Assembly (NCBI GenBank): GCA_021790875.1
Contig: JAJYFN010000001.1
Location: 3,490-67,489, forward strand
Direction: 5' to 3'
Source: a bacterium
GTDB taxonomy: Bacteria > Patescibacteriota > Saccharimonadia > Saccharimonadales > UBA4665
DNA: 64,000 nucleotides
Shown: piece after piece, positions 26,028 to 38,201 of the stretch
Numbering within the stretch: position 1 is the stretch's first letter
Layout: each line of letters starts with the position of its first letter
Translations under genes and position numbers: made by a program
Notes under the pieces: model-generated
Database searches by the model: none
Seen by the model: the letters and a program-made list of their open reading frames with translations, nothing else
Told to the model about the DNA's origin: nothing

Positions 26028-27602
26028 GTGGCCGAGATTTCAATTCAAGATTTAAGCGCGGATATTCGCCGTGCGATTAGTGACCTTAAAACCCGACCTG
26101 AGGTAGAAGAAGCCGGTGTCGTAACCCGAGTTGGCGACGGCATTGCTTGGATTTACGGACTAAGAAGTTGCGGTTTCAGTGAGATGATTGAAATCGATGG
26201 CGTGAGTGGTCGTGCCGTAACGGCTTTTGCCTTTAACTTAGGCGAAGACGAAATCGGCGCTGTACTACTAGGCGAAGACACTGAAGTTAAGGCTGGCGCT
26301 AAAGCCCGCTTAAGTGGCAAGGTGCTGGAAGTTCCAGTTGGACCAGAACTAGTTGGTCGTGTGGTTGACCCCTTAGGTCGCCCGCTCGATGGTGGTGAGC
26401 CAATTAAGACTAAGCAGACAGCTCGTGTTGAGCGCAAAGCGCCTGGCGTACTCGCCCGTCGCAGTGTGCATGAACCTTTAATGACCGGCATTATGGCAAT
26501 TGATGCAATGATCCCAATTGGCCGTGGTCAGCGTGAGCTAATTATTGGTGACCGCCAAACCGGTAAGACGGCTGTCGTTATTGACACTATGATTAACCAA
26601 GCGCGCCAAAAAACCGGTGTTATTAACGTTTATGTAGCCATTGGACAGAAGTTGAGTAAGGTTGCGCGTTTAGTTGAAAGACTTAAGCGTGAGGGCGTTA
26701 TGGATCAAACCATTATTGTTGCGACCTCTCCGGCTGACCCTGCTGCTCTGCTCTACTTAGCACCCTATGCGGGTTGTGCGATGGGAGAGTATTACCGCGA
26801 CAACTCAAAACATGCGCTCGTAATTTATGACGACTTGTCTAAACACGCTGTGGCTTATCGGCAGATGAGTTTACTGCTCAGGCGCCCACCGGGACGTGAA
26901 GCTTATCCAGGTGATGTCTTTTATTTGCACTCTCGTTTATTAGAGCGGGCGGCTAAGTTAAATGACAGCCTAGGTGGCGGATCCTTAACGGCCCTGCCCA
27001 TTATTGAAACTCAGGCTGGCGACATTTCAGCCTACATTCCAACAAATGTTATTTCAATTACGGACGGTCAGATTTTCATGGAAACGAACCTGTTTTATCA
27101 GGGTATTCGTCCGGCTATCTCAGTTGGTCTTTCGGTATCGCGCGTTGGTGGCGCAGCCCAAACTAAGGGCATTAAGAATGTGGCCGGTGGGTTACGCTTA
27201 TCCCTAGCCCAGTTCCGTGAACTAGCTTCTTTTAGTCAGTTCTCGACCGACTTAGATGCTGAGACCAGGAGCCGAATTGAGCGCGGTCAAAGATTAACTG
27301 AACTGCTCAAGCAGCCACAGTACAGTCCGTATGCGCTGTGGGAAATGTATGTCATCTTGCTAGCAGCAACTGAAGGCGCCTTAGATAATGTGCCACTTGA
27401 AAAAATTAAGCTAGCTGAAGCCGAACTACTACGTGAATTAAAGAGCAAGCAAGCTAAGCTAGTCGAGAGCATCAATAGTGGTGCCCTGCCAGAAGATAAG
27501 CAAAAGAGCGCCGTCTTAGATGTCGCTAAGAGCGTTGCGGCGTCTTATGCAGCAGTGGCTGAAGCGAAAGTTAAAGCTAAAGTGAGCGGAGAGCGCAAGT
27601 AG
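26028..27602 (+). CDS. atpA: F1 ATP synthase subunit alpha
   Basis: GDRQTGKT Walker A. GTG start. Confidence 0.97.
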   Translation: MAEISIQDLSADIRRAISDLKTRPEVEEAGVVTRVGDGIAWIYGLRSCGFSEMIEIDGVSGRAVTAFAFNLGEDEIGAVLLGEDTEVKAGAKARLSGKVLEVPVGPELVGRVVDPLGRPLDGGEPIKTKQTARVERKAPGVLARRSVHEPLMTGIMAIDAMIPIGRGQRELIIGDRQTGKTAVVIDTMINQARQKTGVINVYVAIGQKLSKVARLVERLKREGVMDQTIIVATSPADPAALLYLAPYAGCAMGEYYRDNSKHALVIYDDLSKHAVAYRQMSLLLRRPPGREAYPGDVFYLHSRLLERAAKLNDSLGGGSLTALPIIETQAGDISAYIPTNVISITDGQIFMETNLFYQGIRPAISVGLSVSRVGGAAQTKGIKNVAGGLRLSLAQFRELASFSQFSTDLDAETRSRIERGQRLTELLKQPQYSPYALWEMYVILLAATEGALDNVPLEKIKLAEAELLRELKSKQAKLVESINSGALPEDKQKSAVLDVAKSVAASYAAVAEAKVKAKVSGERK

Positions 27603-27603
27603 C

Positions 27604-28470
27604 ATGGCTTCAACGATTACGCTTAAACGGCGCATCGGCTCGATTCGTAATACCCGCCAGATAACCAAGGCGATGGAGTTAGTGGCAGCTAGTAAAATGC
27701 GCCGGGCTCAAGAACAGGCGCTGCGTAGTCGTGCTTACCGCGATGCAACCTATGGACTACTGACCCGCTTAAGCTCAATGAGTGAAGTTGCTCGCCAGCC
27801 ACTGTTTAGCCGGCGTGAGATTAAAACTCGTCTCTATGTCGTCGTCACCTCTAACAGTGGTTTAGCCGGCGCCTATAACGCCAATGTCTTAAAGATGTTA
27901 ACTAGGGACGTTACCGCTGATCGGGACAGTAAAATTAAAAGTCAGGTAATCGCCATTGGCAATAAAGGGGCTCAGTTTGCCCGTCGTACTGAGCATATTG
28001 AGCTAGTTGCGGTTTACCCGGCATTTGGCGATCAACCGACCGCTAACGACATTCGACCAGTACTTAACACTATTGTCGAGAAATACTTAAAGCGTGAAAT
28101 TGATGAAGTTAAGCTCATCTATACCCTTTTTAAGTCAAATTTAGTGCAGTCCACTACGCAATCCACCTTAATGCCAACGACGCTCGAAGCGCGTGAGTAT
28201 ACAGGCAGCAAGTTTACAAACTTTGAGCCGGATGTTGAGAGCGTACTGCATTACACCGGACTACGTTTAATTGAGGCTCAGTTGTGGCAAGCCGTGCTCG
28301 AAGGTCTTGCTTCCGAGCAGTCCGCCCGCATGCTTGCCATGAAAAACGCCACTGATAATGCTGGTGATTTAATTAACGAGTACACATTAGAATTTAATAC
28401 CGCCCGCCAGGCAGCAATTACCCAAGAGTTGGCTGAAATTTCCGGCGGCGTCGAAGCACTGAATGATTAA
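27604..28470 (+). CDS. atpG: F1 ATP synthase subunit gamma
   Basis: RRIGSIRNTRQITKAMELVAASKMRRAQ N-terminus and C-terminal ITQELAEISGG. Confidence 0.95.
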   Translation: MASTITLKRRIGSIRNTRQITKAMELVAASKMRRAQEQALRSRAYRDATYGLLTRLSSMSEVARQPLFSRREIKTRLYVVVTSNSGLAGAYNANVLKMLTRDVTADRDSKIKSQVIAIGNKGAQFARRTEHIELVAVYPAFGDQPTANDIRPVLNTIVEKYLKREIDEVKLIYTLFKSNLVQSTTQSTLMPTTLEAREYTGSKFTNFEPDVESVLHYTGLRLIEAQLWQAVLEGLASEQSARMLAMKNATDNAGDLINEYTLEFNTARQAAITQELAEISGGVEALND

Positions 28471-29883
<1,413 letters not shown>

Positions 29884-29892
29884 AGCAGGTTT

Positions 29893-30318
29893 ATGTTTCA
29901 TTTGCAGCTTGTAACCCTAACCGGAACGCAGTTTGACGGCGACGTGCATGAAGTCGTTCTGCCAACACTGGATGGCCAAATCGGTATTTTAACCGACCAT
30001 ATGCCCTTAATTAGCGTGGCTACTACTGGCATAGTCAGTGTGCGTAAAAACGCGCACGACACGGAACGCGAAATGGATCATTACGCTACCTATGGCGGCG
30101 TGATTGAGTTTGAACATAACAATTTGCGGGTGATTGTTGATGAGGCCGATGCCGCGGATAGCATTAATGAAGCAGAGGCTCAAAAAGCCTTTGCGGCGGC
30201 TACTAAGATGCGCGCTGAAGCTAAGAATCAGGTCTCGCTTGAGCACGCCCAAGCTTTAATAGATCGCAGTGCGGTCCGGCTGCAGGTCGCTGGTTTACGC
30301 CGGCGCCACCAACGCTAA
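29893..30318 (+). CDS. atpC: F1 ATP synthase subunit epsilon
   Basis: Last gene of the operon, with a beta-sandwich N-terminus (LQLVTLTG...GILTDHMPL). Confidence 0.9.
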   Translation: MFHLQLVTLTGTQFDGDVHEVVLPTLDGQIGILTDHMPLISVATTGIVSVRKNAHDTEREMDHYATYGGVIEFEHNNLRVIVDEADAADSINEAEAQKAFAAATKMRAEAKNQVSLEHAQALIDRSAVRLQVAGLRRRHQR

Positions 30319-30323
30319 ATTAG

Positions 30324-30737
30324 TTATTTCTTGTTGCTTAATTTAACGCCGCAGTAAGCACAGCGCGTTGCAAGTACGGGTACGGTGCTTAAACATTCCG
30401 GACATTTTTTGTCGGTTGGATCGGGGGCTGTTTTGAGTCGGCTTGTTAAAGCGAGCAGCTTATTAATTGGTTGAATAACCAAAAAGAAGACGGCTGCTGC
30501 AATGAGCATGAAGGAGATAAAGCTGTTGATAAAATCGCCGTATAAGAAGCGGCTATTGTGAAGCGTAAAGTAGTAGCTTGAAAAATCTGGTTTGCCACCA
30601 AGCGCCGAAATAAGCGGCGTAATTAAATCTTTCACTAAGGACTGCACGACGCCATTAAAAGCAGCACCAACGACAAAGGCGACCGCTAGATCAATGGTGT
30701 TGCCACGTAAGATAAATTTCTTAAAGTCGGATAGCAT
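30324..30737 (-). CDS. mscL: large-conductance mechanosensitive channel MscL with C-terminal CxxC..CxxC zinc-ribbon tail
   Basis: FKKFILRGNTIDLAVAFVVGAAFNGVVQSLVKDLITPLI is the canonical MscL N-terminus/TM1. The tail is CPECLSTVPVLATRCAYCG. Confidence 0.9.
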   Translation of the reverse strand: MLSDFKKFILRGNTIDLAVAFVVGAAFNGVVQSLVKDLITPLISALGGKPDFSSYYFTLHNSRFLYGDFINSFISFMLIAAAVFFLVIQPINKLLALTSRLKTAPDPTDKKCPECLSTVPVLATRCAYCGVKLSNKK

Positions 30738-30918
30738 GACTATTAATACCTCTTATAAGCTAACATTATACGACTTTATTAAAACTTGTATTTCGCATTT
30801 GCAAACTTAGTTTTAAATAACTCAAGCCAACACTTGTAAAGACGCTAACGCTTAACCCCTTTACAATTACTAAAAGACCTTGTACGCTAAGAATTATAAA
30901 TTATAAGGAGATCCAATT

Positions 30919-31653
30919 ATGGTAATTGGAAGAAAACAGGTGGCTACTTTTGTAGCTGAGTTCCTGGGCGTCGGTTTATTGACACTAACGTTTCTTAGCG
31001 TGCAGCGTTCAACAATCGGCATCCCCTACTTTATCGCCATAGCGGCAGGCGCTGCGGTTGCAGTCACAGCGTACTTCTTTGGTGATGCGTCGGGTGCGCA
31101 CATGAACCCAGCAATAACTTTGGCACTTTGGACTGCCAGAAAAGTTGGCACCGTCACAGCAGCTTTGTACCTCGTGTTTCAAACACTAGGTGCCTGGACT
31201 GCATATGGCGTTTACCACTACTTTGTGGGTAGTACTTTGCAGTCAATTGGTGGGCACTATAGTGCGCGTGTATTAATTGCAGAAGCAGTTGGTACATTCG
31301 TTTTTGCGCTCGCATGGGGCGTAGCTACTCTCCGCAAGTTAGACTCTGCTAACCGGGCATTTCTGTTGGGCGGTTCATACGCTCTAGCGATTATTATCGC
31401 AGCAGCTGCCGGCGTTGGTGTAGCTAACCCAGCCGTCGCCTTAGGCGTACGTGCTTGGGCTTTTGCCGGATCAATGGGCTGGGGCACCTACGTGCTTGGT
31501 CCAGTTCTGGGAGCAATCATTGGCTTTAACCTCTACATGCTGCTCTTTACTGACATGAAGTCAGGCAGCGCTAAGACTGTAGCGGCTACTGCATCAACCA
31601 CGACCTCAAGCCGTGGCAAAAGTTCAACTGCAAAGAAAAAAGCTCGTCGCTAA
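30919..31653 (+). CDS. MIP-family channel (aquaporin/glycerol facilitator)
   Basis: Two NPA boxes (HMNPAITLA, VANPAVALG) and six TM segments. SD AAGGAG. Confidence 0.9.
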   Translation: MVIGRKQVATFVAEFLGVGLLTLTFLSVQRSTIGIPYFIAIAAGAAVAVTAYFFGDASGAHMNPAITLALWTARKVGTVTAALYLVFQTLGAWTAYGVYHYFVGSTLQSIGGHYSARVLIAEAVGTFVFALAWGVATLRKLDSANRAFLLGGSYALAIIIAAAAGVGVANPAVALGVRAWAFAGSMGWGTYVLGPVLGAIIGFNLYMLLFTDMKSGSAKTVAATASTTTSSRGKSSTAKKKARR

Positions 31654-31678
31654 AAATTAAGCGTATAAGCTATAATTA

Positions 31679-31703
31679 CTGCCCGCGCAAACGGGCAGTT
31701 TTT
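31679..31703 (+). terminator. intrinsic terminator after the MIP gene
   Basis: CTGCCCG-CGCAAA-CGGGCAG followed by TTTTT. It overlaps the stop of the convergent helicase gene. Confidence 0.7.
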
Positions 31704-34700
31704 ATTTGCCTAGAATTTCTGCTTCAAAAGCTTTAATGCCGGAAATATTGTTTTTGTAGGTTGAGGTGTCCGGAAAATCTAAAGTCATGATTTTGTTCCA
31801 AACGGACGTGATTAATTCAAGCAGCGATTGCTCTGCTTCCTCGTTAAATACAAGCTCTAGATTTTTAATTACGCCCTGCTCGTCCGGCTCAATAAATTGT
31901 AGGCTGGCACTACTAACTTTGTAGCCTTTAAACTTAGAAGATTGTTCTACTAGTAGTTTATAAAAATAGAGTTGGCGTTGATGGTGAAATGACTTAGGAT
32001 CACTATTATTCCAACGCTCGTAACTACTGCCACTTTTAAAGTCGATAATTTTAATCTCACGTTTTGACTTATTAATAATTAAACGATCAATTTTGCCATT
32101 TAAGCGGATATCATTATTAACGCCTAATGTAACGCTTTGGCTTTGTTCGCTTAAATCATCTAAGCCGATTGTTTGATCAACTTGTGATAAGTAGGCCTTA
32201 AGCGACTCCTTGCCCTGCACTAGATAATGGTTAAAGTCAGATTTGTTTAAGTAGCGTTTGCTTAAGATCTGTTCAAATTCTTTTAGCACGGCGTCAAGCT
32301 TTGGCGCTTTGCCAGCGTTAGTACGTGTTTGCTTAAAACACCAATCTAGAGTCATGTGCAGCGCACTACCATATTCAGCACTTGGTGATTGAACGCTTGG
32401 AAACTTTAGTATCGAGTCGAGGAAAAACTGCTGTGGTCCACCGCGCGTTACATCAGTAAAGTTATTTAAACTAGTGGCGCTTAAGGAAAAGTTAGCTAGA
32501 TGCTCATTTAAAAGGGCTGCCGAGTCCGGTTTAAAGTTATCTAAGTGTCGGCTCCACCACGAGGGCACTGTTTTATCTAGCTCAAGGGCTTCAAACTTTG
32601 GTGTTAATACGCGCTGGTCGGTACCCGGCAACAAAGGCGATATTAGATCATCTTTCTTATAGTACTCATTTAAATAAGTTAGCGGTTCGCTTAATTTGCC
32701 GCTCAGACTCTCAGCGTAACTTGTTAAAATTAACTTCCGTTTGGCACGTGAGGTTGCGACAAACAAAAGACGTAGTTTCTCGTCATCGCCGTTCTTGTTT
32801 ATTAAGACGTGCGCTAAATTGAGTGGCAAAATAATACTCGAAGAACCATCGCTTTTTTTACGCCCCCACTTGCTATCGATGCAATTGATTAGAATAACAG
32901 TATCAAATTCCTGACCTTTCGCGCTGTGGGCGGTCATTAAATTGACTGCTTCCTCGCCTTCCCTAAAGGGAGAGTTATCGATGATATCAATCTTGGCGTT
33001 TAGATAATCATCACAAAATGCAACAAATTCGTTTAAGTCTAATGACTGCTCGCTAGAGTCTTTGGCTTTTGCAATAAGAGTCGATAACTGACCAAGTAGT
33101 TGCCAGGAAGCGACCTTAAAGTTACCCGGCTCAGTTTTTAGCTCTGAAAAGTAATAACTAAAGAACGGACTAGTCATTGCTTTAAGATCTGGTTCGTTTA
33201 GCCCTAACTCAAGGTTTCCAATAAGGTAGTTAAGCATTAAATCAAATGGGGTGCTGGCTGCGATTTGATTAAGGCGCATGAAAAATAAGGCTAGCGGCTT
33301 GGTCTGTAAGTTTGCTCTTAGTAAATCGAGCCACGCTACTTTTGTTTTATGGGCTTGATGCGCTATTTCCCAGATGAGCGTAGTGGGGACTTGCCAGTAG
33401 GCATGACTTAAGACTTCGGGCCAGAGCTCATTGGCCTTAAAAGGATCATTTAAATTAACGGCTAAGCGCGCCGCAGCTAGCAGTTCGTTAATATGGCGGT
33501 CTGCTAAGATGTTGTTCTTCTGCGCATAATTAACGCCAATCCCCCGTTCGTGCAAGTAAGGGATTAAATCAACTAACTCTTGATGTCTTGAGGCAAAAAC
33601 GGCAATCGCGCTAGGACTGGTTTGATGGTCCTTAATCTGCTGCGCGATATAGTCACTAACCCAGGCAAGCTGCGTGACGTCGTAGGGTAGCTCAACTCGC
33701 ATAATAACTTCAGCATCTTGATCCCTAACGGCTGAAACTTGTTCTTTGTTGGTAAGATTTAGCCGGTCGTTAATTTGGGAGCGGGTGTTATCGCTAAGCG
33801 TGATGATGCCGGTAGTTGAGCGGTAATTTTGTGTTAAGTTAATTAGCTTAACGTCGCGGTAGAGGTTATAGAAGCGTTCCATGTGTGAGTAGTGCGCACC
33901 TTGAAAACTATAAATTGCCTGATCATCGTCGCCAACGGCTAAGATATTGGGTCGATTTTCATTCACGGGATGATTAGCTAAGAGCTCAACTAGTTTAAGC
34001 TGAGCCTCGTTCGTGTCCTGGAACTCATCGAGTTGAATGTATAAGTAACGCTCTTGCAGGGTTTCTAATAAATCCGGGTTGTCCTCTAGTCCTTTGATGG
34101 CGAGCATAATCATGTCGTCGTAGTCATAAAGGCCTTTGGTTATTAGTAACTGGTTGTAGTGTCGGTAGGCGTCGCTTAGGGCTTGTTGTTTGTGAATGAT
34201 GCGATCACTCACTACGAGAAAATGACCGTAACCATCTTTTGCAAGCCACTTGTTTTTCCAGCGCGTTAAGGGTTGGGTCGCATTTTCTTCTTGAGCAAGG
34301 GAGAGAGCGTCGGCTAGCTCTTCCAGCCAGAGAGCGCCTAAAGGCACAATGTTTGCAATTTTGCTCTTAGGTAAGTTAGCCGAACCGGCATAGATTTGCT
34401 CAAATAAAACAATTTTTGACTTAGACATTACAAAGCCGGGCTTTAGAATGTCACCGACTAATTTATTTGCCGCAGTCATAAAAGCCTGATTAGCGCTTAG
34501 TATCTGATCGAGCAAATCAGGAGTAATAAGAGCTTTTTTATAGCCACTAATAAGGGATTTTAAGTCCTTAAGGTAGTACTCATTTTTAAGTGGGTTAGAA
34601 AATGGTAGCTCTTTTTGCACCGCCCGCATTAACTTATCTAGCTCCAGCGCATCAATTGGTTTAGCAGCAAGCGTTTGGCTATTAAAGCGTTCCGGATAGG

Positions 34701-35016
34701 TCGATATTAAGTTGCTGCCAAAACTATGGTAGGTAGAAACCGTAACGTCGCGCGAAGGCGTGCCAATTAGAGAGGCCAGACGTTGTTTCATGGCCCGAGT
34801 TGCTGAGTCGCTAAATGTTAGGCAGAGGATATTTTCAGGACTAGCATCTGTTTGCTCAAGGATGCGCCCGACGCGGGTTGCTAAAAGCTGCGTTTTGCCG
34901 GTGCCTGGGCCGGCAATCACGAGCAGCGGTCCATCCAACTCGTTTACAGCCTCTAACTGATCTGGATTTAATTCTTTATAAGCCTGCGCATACAAGCTGG
35001 TGTTTAATTCACTCAT
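31702..35016 (-). CDS. UvrD/PcrA-type SF1 helicase fused to a C-terminal PD-(D/E)XK nuclease (AddA/RecB-like architecture)
   Basis: AGPGTGKTQLL Walker A, QLDEFQDTN (motif II), VGDDDQAIYSFQGA, TAHSAKGQEFD and FVATSRAK. The C-terminus has GKIDRLI...IIDFKSG nuclease motifs. Confidence 0.85.
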   Translation of the reverse strand: MSELNTSLYAQAYKELNPDQLEAVNELDGPLLVIAGPGTGKTQLLATRVGRILEQTDASPENILCLTFSDSATRAMKQRLASLIGTPSRDVTVSTYHSFGSNLISTYPERFNSQTLAAKPIDALELDKLMRAVQKELPFSNPLKNEYYLKDLKSLISGYKKALITPDLLDQILSANQAFMTAANKLVGDILKPGFVMSKSKIVLFEQIYAGSANLPKSKIANIVPLGALWLEELADALSLAQEENATQPLTRWKNKWLAKDGYGHFLVVSDRIIHKQQALSDAYRHYNQLLITKGLYDYDDMIMLAIKGLEDNPDLLETLQERYLYIQLDEFQDTNEAQLKLVELLANHPVNENRPNILAVGDDDQAIYSFQGAHYSHMERFYNLYRDVKLINLTQNYRSTTGIITLSDNTRSQINDRLNLTNKEQVSAVRDQDAEVIMRVELPYDVTQLAWVSDYIAQQIKDHQTSPSAIAVFASRHQELVDLIPYLHERGIGVNYAQKNNILADRHINELLAAARLAVNLNDPFKANELWPEVLSHAYWQVPTTLIWEIAHQAHKTKVAWLDLLRANLQTKPLALFFMRLNQIAASTPFDLMLNYLIGNLELGLNEPDLKAMTSPFFSYYFSELKTEPGNFKVASWQLLGQLSTLIAKAKDSSEQSLDLNEFVAFCDDYLNAKIDIIDNSPFREGEEAVNLMTAHSAKGQEFDTVILINCIDSKWGRKKSDGSSSIILPLNLAHVLINKNGDDEKLRLLFVATSRAKRKLILTSYAESLSGKLSEPLTYLNEYYKKDDLISPLLPGTDQRVLTPKFEALELDKTVPSWWSRHLDNFKPDSAALLNEHLANFSLSATSLNNFTDVTRGGPQQFFLDSILKFPSVQSPSAEYGSALHMTLDWCFKQTRTNAGKAPKLDAVLKEFEQILSKRYLNKSDFNHYLVQGKESLKAYLSQVDQTIGLDDLSEQSQSVTLGVNNDIRLNGKIDRLIINKSKREIKIIDFKSGSSYERWNNSDPKSFHHQRQLYFYKLLVEQSSKFKGYKVSSASLQFIEPDEQGVIKNLELVFNEEAEQSLLELITSVWNKIMTLDFPDTSTYKNNISGIKAFEAEILGK

Positions 35017-35036
35017 CTCTAGCTAGTATAGCGCTG

Positions 35037-36230
35037 TTAGTTGCTATTGTGTTGGGCGCAGATAGCACAAGGCACGGCTTCAGTTGAGCTATAGCTAAAC
35101 CATTGCGGTAGAGATTTGCGCCATGGTTCAAAATCATGAAAGGCGTGGGCGTCCGCAGCTTGCCTGAGCACCCAGCCGAGCCAGCCGTAAATACGTAACT
35201 TGCCCCAGGATATAGCCGCCCAGCCTTCACTGGTCGGAATAACGGTAATTGGTTGTTTCGGGACATAGCTTTTAAATTTGCGTCCACGTGCTCGGCGCTT
35301 AAGGTTGTTGGTTAAAAACTTAGCGTCATAAATTGCGGTTTGAGCCATGCCACTATAAGGAGTATTGGCGTTATCGCCGAGGACGAATATATCTGGCTCA
35401 GCTTGGAGATAAACGTCTGTCGCCACTTTATGATTAGCGCTTAGGAAGAAGTTATTAGCGCTAAAGAAAGGGTTATTGGCAGTACCGGCGGTCCAAATAA
35501 CGGTATGACTTTGAATTGGCTTGTTATTAACCAGTAGGTCATTAGCGCTCTCGCCTTCGACAGCATCACCAAGGTAAAGCCTGATGCCTTGGAGTCTTAG
35601 TTGGCGTTTAATGCGGCGGCTCATGTCGGGGGGCATTTTGGGCAGTATTCGTTTGGCGGCTTCAACTAGGTCAATATGAATAGGTCGGTTCTCAAGCCCA
35701 TGCCAGTAGATAATGCGTTTGAGATAAGACTGTAAGGAGCCGGCAAGCTCGGTACCGGTCGGTCCAGCGCCAACAATAACGTAGTTTAAGTCTGGTTTAT
35801 GGTTACTAACGAGTTGGGCGTGGAGGTGGGCTTTTAAGCGTTCAACTTCGTCAATGCTTTTTACGCTAAAGGAAAGCTCAGCTAGCCCAGGAATATTAAA
35901 GTAGTTAGTGACTTGGCCGAGAGCTAAAACCAAAGTATTGTAGTCAAAGTTCTTGCCGTCTTGAGTCGTAATAACTTTAGCTTTGCGGTTAAGGCTGTCA
36001 GCCTTAGCAATGCTTAAATTGATATTGCTATTCTCGAAAATTGTTTTAAGCGGAATTGAAGCGTTAACGCGTGCACCACCAGTCGCCACATGATAAAGCG
36101 TCGGGTAGTAAGTAAAGTGGTCGTTGTCAGAAAGTAGGGTTACGCTAAAGCGATCATCTTTGCCTAATTCAAGGGCTGTTTTTATGCCCGCAAAACCACC
36201 ACCCACAATTAGAACTTTTTCTTTTACCAT
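35037..36230 (-). CDS. ndh: type II NADH dehydrogenase (NDH-2)
   Basis: VLIVGGGFAGIKTA and VIVGAGPTGTELAG dinucleotide folds, plus VLGDNA. Confidence 0.85.
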   Translation of the reverse strand: MVKEKVLIVGGGFAGIKTALELGKDDRFSVTLLSDNDHFTYYPTLYHVATGGARVNASIPLKTIFENSNINLSIAKADSLNRKAKVITTQDGKNFDYNTLVLALGQVTNYFNIPGLAELSFSVKSIDEVERLKAHLHAQLVSNHKPDLNYVIVGAGPTGTELAGSLQSYLKRIIYWHGLENRPIHIDLVEAAKRILPKMPPDMSRRIKRQLRLQGIRLYLGDAVEGESANDLLVNNKPIQSHTVIWTAGTANNPFFSANNFFLSANHKVATDVYLQAEPDIFVLGDNANTPYSGMAQTAIYDAKFLTNNLKRRARGRKFKSYVPKQPITVIPTSEGWAAISWGKLRIYGWLGWVLRQAADAHAFHDFEPWRKSLPQWFSYSSTEAVPCAICAQHNSN

Positions 36231-36308
36231 AGCTCCAGATATTATACCCTATTAGCATTAACATCTTGCCCAAGATTAGATTTAGGCTTATGCTTTAATA
36301 TTGGAAGC

Positions 36309-37976
36309 ATGAACAAAAATATAGCTGAACTGATCAAGGCGAGTAAGTTTAAAGGGGACATTGACAATTCTGCCCCAACCATCGACAAGTATAGCCATGA
36401 TGCGTCAATGTTTGAGATTAAGCCGAAGCTCGTGGTCTACCCTAAGGACGCACGTGACGTTGAGGAGCTAGTGAGGTTAGTTAGTGCCAACAAGCATGAA
36501 GATAAAACACTGTCTCTAACTGGTCGCTCAGCTGGCACGGATATGGCCGGCGGTGCCATAAATGACTCAATCATTGTCGATTTTCAGCGTTACTTTAACA
36601 AGATTGAAAGTGTTTCTAAGTCTTCTGCTCAAGCTCAGCCGGGCGTATTTTACCGTGATTTTGAGGCTCACACCCTAAAGTATAAGGCGCTGATGCCAAC
36701 TTATCCGGCGTCACGCGATCTTGCTGCGATTGGGGGCATGGTTGCTAATAATTCCGGGGGTGAGAAGTCCTTAGAATTCGGTAAAACCAAAGATTTCATT
36801 GAAGAGCTTAGAGTCGTCTTTGCGGATGGAGTTGAGCGCAGCGTTAAAGCGATTAATAAGGCCGAACTAGATAAGAAGATGTCTCAAGGAGACTATGAAG
36901 GCCAGATTTACAAACAAGTTTATGAGTTGTGCGAACGCCACTATGATCTTATTAAAGCGGCCAAACCGAAAGTCAGCAAAAACTCGATGGGCTACACTCT
37001 ATGGGAAGTTTGGGACCGTGAAAGTGGCGTGTTCGACTTAACTAAACTGATTGTTGGTAGCGAAGGAACGCTCGGGCTAGTAACAGATATTACTTTTCGT
37101 TTGGTGCCAGCTATGCCCCACTCCGGCTTACTGGTTTTATTTCTAAAAGATATTGATGATTTAGGCGAGCTAATCCCTACCATTTTGGCGCATAAGCCAG
37201 CAACGCTTGAGAGTTTTGACGATCAAACGCTTTGGTTATCGATTCGTTTCATGCCGAGCTTTCTAAAGCTACTCGGTCTACCCCGCTTCATTAAGTTAAT
37301 ATTTAATTTAATTCCGGATGGTTTGCAGTTGCTACGTGGCATCCCTAAGCTCATTGTGATGGTCGAGTTTAACGCTGAAACTGAAGCCGAAGTTAGGTCC
37401 CGGATTCGCAACCTGCATCAAGAACTCAAAGGCAGGCGAGTGCGTTACGAGATTAATGGCATTGAAGAAGATCCGACTGAAGGTAAAAGCGAGAAGTTCT
37501 GGGTGATGCGCAGGCAAAGCTTTAATTTATTACGCTCTAAAGTGAAAGATAAGCACACAGCACCTTTTATTGATGACTTAGTTGTTAACCCAGAGTATCT
37601 AGTCGACTTCCTACCAAAGATTAGAAAAATAATATCCAAGTACAAATTGTTTGCTACCATTGCCGGTCATTTAGGTGACGGTAATTTCCATATTATACCG
37701 CTCATGAAGTTAGAGAATAAATCTGAACGAGATATTCTACTACCCGCCATGAAGGAAGTAAATGAGCTAGTGCTAAGTTACCACGGGTCGCTTTCAGGTG
37801 AGCACAATGATGGTTTAGTGCGTGGCCCTTGGCTCGGTAAACAGTTTGGCTCAGAAATGTTGAAACTTTTTAAGGATGTAAAGCATATTTTCGACCCCGA
37901 GAATATCTTTAATCCACACAAGAAGTCAGACTCGGACTGGGGCTACAGTTTTTCGCATATCCGCGAACATTTTTAA
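36309..37976 (+). CDS. FAD-linked oxidase (GlcD / D-lactate dehydrogenase-like, PCMH FAD-binding domain)
   Basis: LTGRSAGTDMAGGAIN, AIGGMVANNSGGEKS and C-terminal GSLSGEHNDGLVR blocks. Confidence 0.75.
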   Translation: MNKNIAELIKASKFKGDIDNSAPTIDKYSHDASMFEIKPKLVVYPKDARDVEELVRLVSANKHEDKTLSLTGRSAGTDMAGGAINDSIIVDFQRYFNKIESVSKSSAQAQPGVFYRDFEAHTLKYKALMPTYPASRDLAAIGGMVANNSGGEKSLEFGKTKDFIEELRVVFADGVERSVKAINKAELDKKMSQGDYEGQIYKQVYELCERHYDLIKAAKPKVSKNSMGYTLWEVWDRESGVFDLTKLIVGSEGTLGLVTDITFRLVPAMPHSGLLVLFLKDIDDLGELIPTILAHKPATLESFDDQTLWLSIRFMPSFLKLLGLPRFIKLIFNLIPDGLQLLRGIPKLIVMVEFNAETEAEVRSRIRNLHQELKGRRVRYEINGIEEDPTEGKSEKFWVMRRQSFNLLRSKVKDKHTAPFIDDLVVNPEYLVDFLPKIRKIISKYKLFATIAGHLGDGNFHIIPLMKLENKSERDILLPAMKEVNELVLSYHGSLSGEHNDGLVRGPWLGKQFGSEMLKLFKDVKHIFDPENIFNPHKKSDSDWGYSFSHIREHF

Positions 37977-38201
37977 GACAGGGCCATTTAATTTGTTTTT
38001 TTTGGATAATTCAGGGTGACCTATTAGATAAACGAAAGTGGGTAATTCAAAAGATTATTGACCGGCATTAAATTCTATTTTGTACGCTAGCAAGCCGCTA
38101 ACACTTAAGCAAGCGCTTTGTATGTTTGGCGCGGAATCGATTAGACTAGCATTACTTGAGCGTTAGCTTTATGTTAAGATAGCCATATAGTTTAGGGGCC
38201 A

